Origin: Bryobacterales bacterium
GTDB taxonomy: Bacteria; Acidobacteriota; Terriglobia; Bryobacterales; UBA6623
Direction of reading: 5' to 3'
DNA: 64,000 nucleotides
Assembly (NCBI GenBank): GCA_963422375.2
Contig: OY729428.2
Coordinates: 160,001-224,000 of the forward strand
Position numbers and translations under genes: made by a program. Positions within the stretch are counted from its first letter, which is position 1. Each line of letters opens with the position of its first letter. The notes beneath the pieces are model-generated. The model did not search any database. It was not told where the DNA came from and saw nothing but the letters and a program-made list of their open reading frames with translations. Shown piece by piece: positions 31,842 through 41,586 of the stretch.

Positions 31842-34487
31842 CTAGTCGCGCAGGACCCAGATCGGCGACGACCACGCGATCTCGTCGTTCGCCTGGACCG
31901 CCCGCAGGTAGTAGAAGCCCTCGCCATCCAAGGGCTCCTGATCGGAGTATTCGAAGTCGTGGTCCGGGCTGCCCGGTCTGGCGGAATAGACGACTTCGTT
32001 GTTCCGCACCAGCGCCACTTGCCGCAGCGTGTCCGTGCCGAGAATCCTCGCCCGGATCGCCGGCACCTCCGCTCCGACGCGGATCTCGTCGCCCATGAAG
32101 GCCTCGCCGAGGCGGAACTCGAGGATGATGTTGTCCGTCGCCGCGTAGGTGTGCCGCCGACGGATGGCGTCGGCCACCCCCTCGCGCGTGGCGCTCTCCG
32201 CGTACACCATGGCGTACGACATGTGCGTGGAGAGGTGGTCCGAGCTCGCGATTACTCCGAGCCGAAGACCCTTGGTCCAAGCGGCCGCGACCATGCCGTC
32301 AGGGTGGATTTCCTCCAGCATGGCCGAGCCGGCCGAGGGATAGCCCTGCCCCACGTCCGTGAACGGGCAGCCGACGCATTCGTAGCTGTAGCGGTCGCCC
32401 TGGAAAATCTCGACCACGGGCTCGAGCTCGGGGTCGCTGTCGCGCCAGTCGGTACCCATGTTCGTCGCGGACGTGTGCGAAATCGCGAGCCCGCCTGTGC
32501 GGCGGATCTCCTCGTACAGCATCTTGGTATCGCCCTCGATGACAGACCCGATGCCGTTGTGGCGCTGCATGTACTCTTCCGGGCGCGCGAAGAAGGGCAC
32601 GTTCCGGATGCCCCTCCGCGTGTGGAAGACATTGCGGTGCCCGTTGGGATAGCGCACGGATCGCTCGTAGCCGAATAGCGAGGCGTAGCCCTCGGTATGG
32701 AACAGGTCGGCCGCCTTCTCGGTCAGCCACCACCAGTAGATGCGGTCGGCGCCGTACTGGTGGTCGGAAACGAAGCCCCAGTCCATCGACGCGGCGTCGA
32801 GCATGTAGCGGTAAAAGTCGAGGAGCGATCCGTCGGGGGATGCCCGCAGATCCATCGACAGCTCGGTGTGGCGGTGGGTGTCTCCCCGCAGGATGCGCAG
32901 CTGCCGACCGCGGACGCGGACGCGGAAGTCCCGGATGCGACGGACGTCACGATCCTCGTGCGGATGGCCCGCGGGGCGCGAGTCCACATCCGGGCCGCGC
33001 TCGCTGAGAGCGGGCTCGGAGGACGGCACTCCCGGCTCGTAGCGCGCGGCATAGACGTTCTCTATGACCGTTTCCTCGGGGAGATTGACCATCACGGAGA
33101 ACGTGGGGTGCCCGTCGCGCGGCCAGGCGATCCACAGCCCTTCGCGCGCCGGCGCGGCCGCGGCGAACATGCTCGAGCGGCCGCGGCTGTACGGCACCAT
33201 GGCGGGCTCGGTCCAGCCGTCCGCCGTCAGAGTGGTCACGAAGAAGCGCCAGTAGTCCGCCAGCCTGCGCCCCTGGCGGTTGCGGACCAGCAGGTGCAGG
33301 CGGCCTTGGTCGTCGATCGCGAGGCGCCCGTAGTGGTGCAGCTGCCCGCTCTCGGGGGTGTACACCTTCTGGCCCCGCTCGATTGCGAACGGCGGCGCCA
33401 TCCCGAGCCTGCGATCGCCCGCGTAGGCGACGACCTCCACGCCGCGCCGGTCGTAGATCGGATAGCCGGGCGCTGTCCCGACGGGATCGAGGCGCCCTTG
33501 ATCCTTGGCCCAGTTGACGCGGCCGGCCTCGTAGCTGACCCACACCCGGTCGCGGCCGTCGACAGCCAGGTCGGGTCGCGCTTCCAGACGCTCGGTGGCC
33601 GCTACCTCGACCACGGGGCCGGGCTCTCCCTCGGGGAGCCGCCGCATGAGCACGTCGTAGCGGCCCTTGTCGTAGGTGTCCCATGCGACGATCGCCGTGC
33701 CTTGGGAGTCGACAGCGACCGCGGGCTCCCAGTCGTTGCGGGGGCTCTCGCTGACCCTGGCCTCCTCGCCCCACGCGCCGTCCCGGTAGGCGATGTGGTA
33801 CACGTCGGACTGCCGTCCCCGGAACGCCTGCCAAGCGACGTGAATCGCGCCGTCCCGGAAGGCCACGTCGTGATCGAAGTCGGACTGCGGCGCGTCGGTG
33901 AGGCGCTGCAGCGGCCCGAAAACGCTCCCGTCGTACCAGCGGGCGTACAGATCGAAGTTGCCGTCCACCTGCTGCGACCAGACGGTCCACAGACGGCCCT
34001 CGCTGTCGAATGCCAGCCGCGGCCTCCAGACATCGCCGCTGACGCCCGGCACCTGCGTCCAGGTGCCCCAGCGCTGCTGGGCGCTGTCGTAGCGGGCCAG
34101 GCGCACCTGGTCGCGATACCCGTCGAAGCTGGCCCAGGCCATCCACGCGACCGACCGGTCGCGCGGGTGGGTGACGATATCGGGAAAGTCGTCGGAGCGC
34201 GTGTCCTCGGTCATGCGCATCGCATCGACGATGCGGGGATCCAAGGGAGGCTCCGGTTCGGGATCCCGGGGGGTCATGAACGCCTCCGACGCGCCCAAGT
34301 GCGGAATGTTCTTGCGCGCCACCTCGTGCTGGGCCGGGGCGTCGGGCCGCAAGCGGCCCGGCTGGGCATCGTTCGGCTGGCCGAGCAGGGTGCCGGCCGC
34401 GAGCGCGGCGAGACCTGCCAGCCGCAGCGAGAGGACCGTCAGTAACCGGCCCGCGCCAGCGGGGCCGCAGGGTGTCTCGTTGGCCAT
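31842..34487 (-). CDS. Secreted protein with a repeat/propeller-like N-terminus and a C-terminal PHP-like metallohydrolase domain
   Basis: Signal-like N-terminus; GDTHRHT, SDH, GHRN, SHT, VEIFQ and ASSDH motifs; terminal YYLRAVQ..AWSSPIW. Confidence 0.8.
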   Translation of the reverse strand: MANETPCGPAGAGRLLTVLSLRLAGLAALAAGTLLGQPNDAQPGRLRPDAPAQHEVARKNIPHLGASEAFMTPRDPEPEPPLDPRIVDAMRMTEDTRSDDFPDIVTHPRDRSVAWMAWASFDGYRDQVRLARYDSAQQRWGTWTQVPGVSGDVWRPRLAFDSEGRLWTVWSQQVDGNFDLYARWYDGSVFGPLQRLTDAPQSDFDHDVAFRDGAIHVAWQAFRGRQSDVYHIAYRDGAWGEEARVSESPRNDWEPAVAVDSQGTAIVAWDTYDKGRYDVLMRRLPEGEPGPVVEVAATERLEARPDLAVDGRDRVWVSYEAGRVNWAKDQGRLDPVGTAPGYPIYDRRGVEVVAYAGDRRLGMAPPFAIERGQKVYTPESGQLHHYGRLAIDDQGRLHLLVRNRQGRRLADYWRFFVTTLTADGWTEPAMVPYSRGRSSMFAAAAPAREGLWIAWPRDGHPTFSVMVNLPEETVIENVYAARYEPGVPSSEPALSERGPDVDSRPAGHPHEDRDVRRIRDFRVRVRGRQLRILRGDTHRHTELSMDLRASPDGSLLDFYRYMLDAASMDWGFVSDHQYGADRIYWWWLTEKAADLFHTEGYASLFGYERSVRYPNGHRNVFHTRRGIRNVPFFARPEEYMQRHNGIGSVIEGDTKMLYEEIRRTGGLAISHTSATNMGTDWRDSDPELEPVVEIFQGDRYSYECVGCPFTDVGQGYPSAGSAMLEEIHPDGMVAAAWTKGLRLGVIASSDHLSTHMSYAMVYAESATREGVADAIRRRHTYAATDNIILEFRLGEAFMGDEIRVGAEVPAIRARILGTDTLRQVALVRNNEVVYSARPGSPDHDFEYSDQEPLDGEGFYYLRAVQANDEIAWSSPIWVLRD

Positions 34488-34676
34488 TCGCGACCTCTCC
34501 GGCGGAGCCGCTGCACGGGAAGGCGGATCGCAGCAGGCCCGAACCGCCCGATTCTAGCGAATCCGGCCGTCGAGCCAGCGCAAGCCCGCCCGGGAGCCGC
34601 CGCCGTTCGACCATGATGGAGTGTCGGCAGGCACGCCGCGCCAGCGGCGGGCCCGCGCAGCCGCGACCCCTGCCCG

Positions 34677-35462
34677 ATGGAACTCGAACCAGTCATCTCG
34701 ATCGCCAAGCGCGCGGGCTCCGCGATCATGGAGGTGTACTCGCGGGCCTTCAAAGTCCGGCGGAAGGCCGACGACTCGCCACTGACCGAGGCCGATACGG
34801 CCGCGCATCGGATCATCGCCGAGGGGCTGCGGAGCGCGTATCCCCGGATTCCGCTCCTGTCGGAGGAGAGCCCGGACCTAGCGGCGTATTCCGCCCGCCG
34901 GCAGTGGGAGCGCTACTGGCTGGTCGATCCGCTGGACGGGACCAAGGAGTTCGTCAAGCGGAACGGCCAGTTCACGGTCAACGTGGCCCTCGTGGAGCGA
35001 GGCGTCCCCGCCGCAGGCGTGGTGTTCGCGCCGGCGCGCGAGTGGATGTACTGGGGCGCGGTCGGCTCGGGCGCTTTCAAGGCCGTAGGGTCGGACAGCG
35101 CCAAGCCGATCCGCTGCGGGCCGATGCCCGCGACCGGACGCCTGCGGGTGGTCGGCAGCCGGACCCACCTAACGGACGAAACGCGCGCCTACGTGGACGG
35201 GCTGCGGGCCTCGTACAGCGAAATCTCGTTCCTGGCGATGGGGAGCTCGCTCAAGATCTGCCTGGTCGCGGAAGGGGCCGCGGACCTCTACCCGCGCCTG
35301 GCGCCGACGATGGAATGGGACACCGCCGCCGCTCATGCGATCCTGCGGGCGGCGGGCGGCCGCCTGATCGACTACGCCGAGGGCAGCGAGGTGCGCTACA
35401 ACAAGGAGGACCTGCGGAACGGCTGGTTCGTGGCGGAATCGCCCCGGAAGGCCCCAAGCTAG
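34677..35462 (+). CDS. cysQ: 3'(2'),5'-bisphosphate nucleotidase CysQ
   Basis: SPLTEAD, WLVDPLDGTKEF, GSSLK, PTMEWDTAA. Confidence 0.95.
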   Translation: MELEPVISIAKRAGSAIMEVYSRAFKVRRKADDSPLTEADTAAHRIIAEGLRSAYPRIPLLSEESPDLAAYSARRQWERYWLVDPLDGTKEFVKRNGQFTVNVALVERGVPAAGVVFAPAREWMYWGAVGSGAFKAVGSDSAKPIRCGPMPATGRLRVVGSRTHLTDETRAYVDGLRASYSEISFLAMGSSLKICLVAEGAADLYPRLAPTMEWDTAAAHAILRAAGGRLIDYAEGSEVRYNKEDLRNGWFVAESPRKAPS

Positions 35463-35468
35463 AGGGAG

Positions 35469-35945
35469 ATGGCGGCGACTGCGAACGACCGGGCGCTCGC
35501 GGGCCTAGCGGACCTAGCCCTCGGCGAGGCCCTGGGACGGATCCTTGCGGCCCTGGACGCCGAGACGGGCACGGTCCATCGCCTAGGGGCCGACGGCTGC
35601 CTGCACCTCGCAGAGCATGCCGGGAGCATCCCGGAAGACCTGCTCCCGGTGATCCGGCGCATTCCGGTGGGCAAGGGCATGGCGGGGCTCGCGGCCGAGC
35701 GCGGCGAGCCAGTGCAGATTTGCAACCTGCAGACCGACGGAAGCGGCCGAGCGCGGCCAGGGGCCCGGGCCACCGGCATGGGAGGGTCGATCTGCGTTCC
35801 CATGAGGGCCCGGGGGCGGCTGGTAGGCGTTGTCGGTGTCGCGGTCGCTCGCGAGCGCGAATTCAGCGCGGCGGAAGCCGCCTGGCTGACGGAGGCCGGC
35901 GCGGCCCTAGCCGCCGACGAAGGAGATCCATGGCCGTCCAGCTAG
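35469..35945 (+). CDS. Stand-alone GAF domain protein
   Basis: IPVGKGMAGLAAERGEPVQICNLQTD, SICVP, LVGVVGV. Confidence 0.82.
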   Translation: MAATANDRALAGLADLALGEALGRILAALDAETGTVHRLGADGCLHLAEHAGSIPEDLLPVIRRIPVGKGMAGLAAERGEPVQICNLQTDGSGRARPGARATGMGGSICVPMRARGRLVGVVGVAVAREREFSAAEAAWLTEAGAALAADEGDPWPSS

Positions 35946-37489
35946 TCACTCTGGATCCGGCCCTGGTCCCGTCCAAGCCTTGGATCCGCCTGCACCCGAG
36001 CGACAACGTGGTCGTCGCTCGCACCCACATACCGGCCGGCGCCGCGCTCGAAGTCGAGGGGACCGCGATCAACGTCAAGCAGCCGATCGCGCCGGGGCAC
36101 AAGATGACCGTGCTGCCGATCGCGCAAGGGGGGATCGTCTACAAGTACGGCGAGGAGATCGGCCGCGCGGACGCGGCTCTCGGCGCGGGCGAGTGGGTGC
36201 ATACCCACAACCTGCGGTTCGACATCGACGAGCGAAGCTACGAATTCGGCACGGCCCGCTCGGATCTGCCGGATCTCCCGCTCCCCGCGAAGCGGACGTT
36301 CATGGGCTATCCGCGCGCCGACGGCCGCGCGGGCACTCGCAACTACGTGGCGATCGTCGGCGCGAGCCATTGCGCCGCGCACGTGACAGAGAGGATCGCG
36401 GCCGCCTTCCGCGACGAGTCGTTCGAGGGAACGGGCGTAGACGGTGTGGTCGCGCTGCCACACACCGACGGATGCGGCCAGGCGGAAGGCGAAGACTCCA
36501 AGCTGCTGCGCAAGACGCTGGACGGGCTGGCCGACCATCCGAACGTGGCGGCCGCGGTCGTTGTCGGGCTCGGCTGCGAGGTGAACCAGGTCGGCTACTA
36601 CTTGCGGCCGGATCCCGCCGCGGGCGCGCCGCCCCGGCGCGGGCTGACGCTCCAAGAGAGCGGCGGGACGCGCCAAGCGGTCGAGGACGGCGCCAAGGCG
36701 GTCCGGGAGATAATCGCGGCTGCAGGCCGGATCGGGCGGCAGCCCTGCCCGGTCTCGCAGATCGCCATCTCGCTCGAGTGCGGGGGCTCGGACGCATTCT
36801 CCGGGATCACGGCGAATCCCGGCGTGGGCTACTGCGCGGATCTAGTGGTGAAGCAGGGCGGCACGGCCTGCTTGGGCGAGACCACCGAGATATGGGGCGC
36901 GGAGCATCTCCTGACGCGGCGCGCGGCCAGCCCCGCGGTCGGCCGACGGCTGCTGGACGCTCTCGAGTGGTACTTCGACTACGTCGGCCGGTTCCGGGAT
37001 TCGGTGACGTTCAACAGCAATCCCTCGCCCGGCAACCTGGCGGGCGGCATTACGAATATCGCGGAGAAGTCACTGGGGGCGATCGCCAAGGGCGGGCAGT
37101 CGACGCTGAGCGCTGTGTACGACTACGCCGAGAGGATCACCGAGCGGGGCTTCGTGTTCATGAACAGCCCCGGCTACGACCCAGCCTCGGTAACCGGCAT
37201 GGTCGCCGGCGGCTGCAACATCTGCTTTTTCACAACCGGTCGCGGCAGCTGCTTCGGATTCGCCACGGCGCCGGTCATCAAGGTCGCTTCGAACTCGGCG
37301 ACGGCACGCCACATGGACGAGGACATGGACATCAACGCCGGCACCGTGGCGGACGGCGAGGAGGATATCGCCTCTCTGGGGCGCAGGATGTACGAGACGC
37401 TGCTGGAGGTCGCTTCCGGGCGCCGGACATGCAGCGAGAAGCTCGGGCACCGCGAGATGATGACTTGGCGGATCGGACCCGTTCTCTGA
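35930..37489 (+). CDS. uxaA: Altronate/galactarate dehydratase family protein (UxaA, with SAF domain)
   Basis: IRLHPSDNV, GHK, HTHN, GTRNY, HPNV, GLGCE, CGGSD, SPGN..GG, FTTGRG; AGGAG SD before ATG 35930. Confidence 0.88.
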   Translation: MAVQLVTLDPALVPSKPWIRLHPSDNVVVARTHIPAGAALEVEGTAINVKQPIAPGHKMTVLPIAQGGIVYKYGEEIGRADAALGAGEWVHTHNLRFDIDERSYEFGTARSDLPDLPLPAKRTFMGYPRADGRAGTRNYVAIVGASHCAAHVTERIAAAFRDESFEGTGVDGVVALPHTDGCGQAEGEDSKLLRKTLDGLADHPNVAAAVVVGLGCEVNQVGYYLRPDPAAGAPPRRGLTLQESGGTRQAVEDGAKAVREIIAAAGRIGRQPCPVSQIAISLECGGSDAFSGITANPGVGYCADLVVKQGGTACLGETTEIWGAEHLLTRRAASPAVGRRLLDALEWYFDYVGRFRDSVTFNSNPSPGNLAGGITNIAEKSLGAIAKGGQSTLSAVYDYAERITERGFVFMNSPGYDPASVTGMVAGGCNICFFTTGRGSCFGFATAPVIKVASNSATARHMDEDMDINAGTVADGEEDIASLGRRMYETLLEVASGRRTCSEKLGHREMMTWRIGPVL

Positions 37490-37538
37490 CCGCGACGGGA
37501 GCCGCGACTCAGCGAGGGGTGTACCATTGAGGGTGGAC

Positions 37539-37612
37539 GCCGGGGTAGCTCAGCTGGTAAGAGCGACGGACTCATAACCCGTAGGTCGGCGGTTCGAGCC
37601 CGCCTCCCGGCA
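37539..37612 (+). tRNA. tRNA with CAT anticodon, most likely elongator Met; CCA not encoded
   Basis: Cloverleaf with GCCGGGG/TCCCGGC acceptor stem, AGCTCAGCTGGTAAGAGC D arm, CTCATAA loop and GGTTCGAGCC T arm; Ile2 not excluded. Confidence 0.92.
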
Positions 37613-38405
37613 CCGCTTGCGGATTCCCGCGACCCGTCTAGCCCGGGCGGCTCTCGTAAGCGTCAGCCCAGACCCTCCCCTGCTCCTGCGGCGATCCCGC
37701 AAGCGCTGCCATCCCAAGCGGACGGTGGCGGAGCGCCCGCAGCCATCCGCGGCAGTGTCGTCGGGCTGGCTCGAGACCGGCCTGGTCACGGTGGCCCGCA
37801 AGCAAAGCACAACCGCCGGACCCGTTGGTACGCGCGTGGCGCCCGGCCATGCCGTGCCGAGTCCGTGGCGGTTCCGCGGAGTTACTTCGCTTGACTCGAA
37901 AGAGCGCGACGCGAGGATCCCGACCCGTTCTTTCCGGCCGAACCGCTCGCAAAGCCACCCGCAGCGGAACCGGAGGCGCTCGCCAATCACCGGCCCGGGC
38001 TGCCCGCGCACCATCGCCTCCATCACCGCAACCAAGCCCTCTTAGTGGTCGGAGATACGTCAGTGCGATTATCCTGACAGGCGTCAAGTCGCGCCAGCCG
38101 AATCGGGCGTGAATGGGACGGCCCAATCTCTCGCATTCCGCGCGGCACCATCGCTCAACTCCGCTTCGATTGGCAGGCTGCCGGGACCAGGTCGAAGGGA
38201 TTACGGTCGAATGAAGGCCGGGGTTCCGGCGCTAGCTGGACAAGGACGGCTCGTTGCGGCTGCGCGCGGAACCAATGGATCGGGGCTATTCGGCGGGACA
38301 AGTGGCCATCGAACCAGTCCCTCCAACCCTGCGGACAGAACGCCGCGTTGAAGCTCGCGCTTGCGTCTTGGGACCGCCGTTCCGGCTGAGTTACGAGCCG
38401 CTAGC

Positions 38406-39086
38406 CTAGCGCTCCTCGAAGGGGAGATCGTTGAAATTCCTAGTCAGCGGCACCACCTCGGCCCCGGGCGGCGCCTTGAACTCGAAGAGCGCGGCCGCAA
38501 GACTCGGATTCTTCACTTCATCGGAAAAACGGTAGGCGTTGACGGACTCGTCCCGGCCGACGATCCGTATTCCCGTGATCGCGTAGTCGTCGGGAGTGAA
38601 GGCGAACTCCACTCTCGAGAAGAAATCCTGGCCTCCGCGACCCTCGCCTAGGAGCGCCGGCTGCCCCTCCACCTCGCCGACGCGCAAGTTGCGGAACATC
38701 CGCCGGAGGCGCATCCGGCCCAGAAGAAACGAGAGGGGCGCCCGCAAGTCGGTCATCTCCTCGAGATTGACCTGGCGGACCTGGTGGGTGTAGGGATTGT
38801 ACTGCCGAAAGACGGTCCCGTCGCTGACACCCAGCTTCCCCTGCGGGTCGCTGTACTCCCAGCGCATCTTGCCGGGGCGCAGCAGGTAGAGCGTGCCCGA
38901 TTCCGAGTTACGCTTCCTGCCGGCGTATTCCATGGACTGCTCAAAGCCCATCTTCAAGGCGCTGAGGCTGTTGTAGTGGCGCTCGATGCCCTCGACCACA
39001 TTGTCGACTGACTGGGCCTGCAGATGGAGTTCCGAAGCAGCCGCCAAGGCGAGCGCGAGACAGGAGAGTGCGACGAGTCGAATCAT
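38406..39086 (-). CDS. lolA: Outer-membrane lipoprotein carrier LolA
   Basis: Signal peptide; SGTLYLLRPGKMRWEYSDP, VSDG, FEFKAPPG. Confidence 0.88.
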   Translation of the reverse strand: MIRLVALSCLALALAAASELHLQAQSVDNVVEGIERHYNSLSALKMGFEQSMEYAGRKRNSESGTLYLLRPGKMRWEYSDPQGKLGVSDGTVFRQYNPYTHQVRQVNLEEMTDLRAPLSFLLGRMRLRRMFRNLRVGEVEGQPALLGEGRGGQDFFSRVEFAFTPDDYAITGIRIVGRDESVNAYRFSDEVKNPSLAAALFEFKAPPGAEVVPLTRNFNDLPFEER

Positions 39087-39161
39087 GAACTATGGCAGGG
39101 TCCGGCACATTCGGCGCATCGCGGGCCGGCCCTGCGTTCAGTGTAGCGCACGGCGCGGCGG

Positions 39162-40349
39162 TCAGTCGCGGAGCAGCTTCCGGATGCCCCTGGTGGCTTG
39201 GCGGATGCGCTGGACGTTCTCGACGAGGGCGAAGCGGACGTGCCTGTCGCCGCCCGGCCCGAAGCCGATGCCGGGCGACACGGCAACGAGCGCTCTCTCG
39301 AGCATCAGCTTGGAGAACTCGAGCGAACCGGCCCAAGAGTACCGCTCGGGGATCTTGCCCCACACGAACATGGTCGCCTTGGGGCCCTCGATCTCCCAGC
39401 CGCCCTTGCCCAGGCCGTCGATCAGAGCGTCGCGGCGCGCCTCGTACATCGCAGCGGTTTCGCGCGTGAACTCTTCGCACTGGCGGAGAGCGATGATCGC
39501 GGCAATCTGGATCGGCTGGAACATGCCGTAGTCCAAGTAGCTCTTGATCCGTCCCAGCGCGTCAATCATCTTCGGATTCCCGAGACAGAACCCGACCCGC
39601 CAACCGGGCATGCTGTAGCTCTTGGACATCGAGAAGATCTCCACGCCGACCTCCTTGGCGCCGGGCACTTGGAGCATCGAGGGTGCCCGGTAGCCGTCGA
39701 AGGCGATGTCGGCGTAGGCGAAGTCATGCACCAGCATGGTGCCGTGGCGGTGCGCCAGCTCGACGAGCCGGTGAAAGAAGCCTGCGTCGGCGCACAGGGT
39801 CGTGGGGTTGTGGGGGAATGAGGTCAGGATCATCGCGGGCCTGGGGCCCGGTCCCTTGAATAAATCCTCGGCACGGTTCAGGAATTCGTCCGCCGAGGGC
39901 ATCGGAACGGCGATCTGCCGACCGTCCGCCATGACCACGCCCCACTGATGAATGGGGTACGAGGGATCCGGCATCACGACCCCGTCGCCGGGCCCGATCG
40001 TCGCGAATGTCAGGTGGGCGAGGGCGTCCTTCGAGCCCATCGTCGCGATGGCCTCGGTCTCGGGATCCAAGTCTACGTCGTAGTTCGCCTTGTAGCGCTT
40101 GCAGATCTCCTCGCGCAGGCGCGGGATCCCTCGGGACAGGGAATACCTGTGGTTGCGCTTGTCCCGGGCCGCCTCGGTGAGCTTGTCCACAACGGCGGCA
40201 GGAGTGGCCCCGTCGGGATTGCCCATGCCAAGATCGATAATGTCGAGGCCGGCTCTCCGGGCCTTGGAGCGCATCATGTTGATTTCGGCGAATACGTACT
40301 TCGGGAGCTGCCCGATGCGATAGAACTCGCGCCCGTCGAGAAGGCCCAC
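39162..40349 (-). CDS. Class I/II PLP aminotransferase (AlaC / LL-DAP aminotransferase-like)
   Basis: DLGMGNPD, FPHNPT, HDFAY, SMSKSYSMPGWRVG, SPGIGFG. Confidence 0.92.
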   Translation of the reverse strand: MGLLDGREFYRIGQLPKYVFAEINMMRSKARRAGLDIIDLGMGNPDGATPAAVVDKLTEAARDKRNHRYSLSRGIPRLREEICKRYKANYDVDLDPETEAIATMGSKDALAHLTFATIGPGDGVVMPDPSYPIHQWGVVMADGRQIAVPMPSADEFLNRAEDLFKGPGPRPAMILTSFPHNPTTLCADAGFFHRLVELAHRHGTMLVHDFAYADIAFDGYRAPSMLQVPGAKEVGVEIFSMSKSYSMPGWRVGFCLGNPKMIDALGRIKSYLDYGMFQPIQIAAIIALRQCEEFTRETAAMYEARRDALIDGLGKGGWEIEGPKATMFVWGKIPERYSWAGSLEFSKLMLERALVAVSPGIGFGPGGDRHVRFALVENVQRIRQATRGIRKLLRD

Positions 40350-41586
40350 AGCCTCATTCTCTCAAACGCGCGCAGCTGGCCCGTATCGGCAGGAACCGAC
40401 CCAAGACACGGAGATGACACGGTTGAGTCCGCGCCTTGCGTTGGCGCAATCGGCAGGTTGTCGGCGAGGACGACAGTCGCGCAGCCGTCGTGTCGGCGAC
40501 AGGAACCGCAGGCGCTTCCCAAGCGCCCCGAGGGACACACGGGATACCGTCAGCCGACAGTCAAGACACGGACCAGAATGGGTAGCCCCGATTGCCGACC
40601 CTCGCTGGCTGGGGCGATAATCCTTGCGGTGGGTGTCGATCTAGCGCTCAGGCCGCTGGAGTGCCGCTCGCATTCCTAGGCGCATGCGGCATGATCACTG
40701 CGTCGCAGCACTTGTAGGCAAACGAATAGGAGGTAGTCGCGGTCGATTTGTCCAGAGCGCGCTACCGAGACGCGATCCATCTTTCCGGGGTCGCTCTCGC
40801 CAATGAGAGCTCCGATCCAGCAGTTGGTTTCCGCCTAGCCAATCTCGCCGGAGCCATGGCATGCAATGCTGACCTGCGGATGGCGGAAGGCTCCTGCACC
40901 TGTCTGAACGAGGTAGGAATACGACGCGCGTAGACTAACCGGTGCAGGCCTACGCGCTCGCGCGCGCAGATCAGAGGAGCGGTAGCGGGTTCCGAAGCAC
41001 TCGACCTCCCGCTGGATGCGCCTCTCGTTGTCCGGGCCGCGGACCGCGAGGCCGATGCGGAATTCGCACTCCTGCACAAGCGCGGCGCGGGGAGTGCCCC
41101 AGCAATCCGGTGGGATCGATAGGAAGCCCGCGGCGCGAGAATACGGGACCGAGGGGCCGGTCCGCCGCAGGAAGGCGACAGGCCTTGCCGGCATGATTCA
41201 CCCAACGGCACGAGGTCGGCAAGGCGGCAGCCAATGCCGTGCGAGGAGCGTCGAGAGGCGAAGCTCTGCAAGCACGGCGGGAAGCGATTCCGGGGCGGAC
41301 TCCGAAATGCTCGGGCTAGCCGGTCGGTGAGCGCGCCGATGCCACCAGGTTGGAGCGGCACCCAAGACTATCGCGCCCTAGGCGTCGGACAGCATCCAGG
41401 ATCGCCTGAAGCACCTCGAGCGGCCGACTCCTCGTCTTCAGTGCATCAAGCGCAAGCCGGCCGTCCCCGCCAACGCCCCTTCGACCTCTTTCCGGAGCGC
41501 GACGCGATCGGAGCGGCGTCTGCGCATGAAGCCCGAGCGCCAGCGGCCCGGGCCGGCACGGCGCAGCTGGGCTCGCTCCGCCCGCA

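Noticed and set aside
30905..32500. DGR template/variable repeat pair
   Set aside because: Differences are not adenine-specific, include indels, and no reverse transcriptase is present in the window
34472..35929. Long N-terminal extension making a 1005-aa UxaA
   Set aside because: Off-frame overlap with cysQ and the GAF gene; the real start at 35930 has an SD
37613..38400. tRNA-anchored integrative element
   Set aside because: No integrase and no duplicated tRNA 3' end seen in the window; only unassignable sequence
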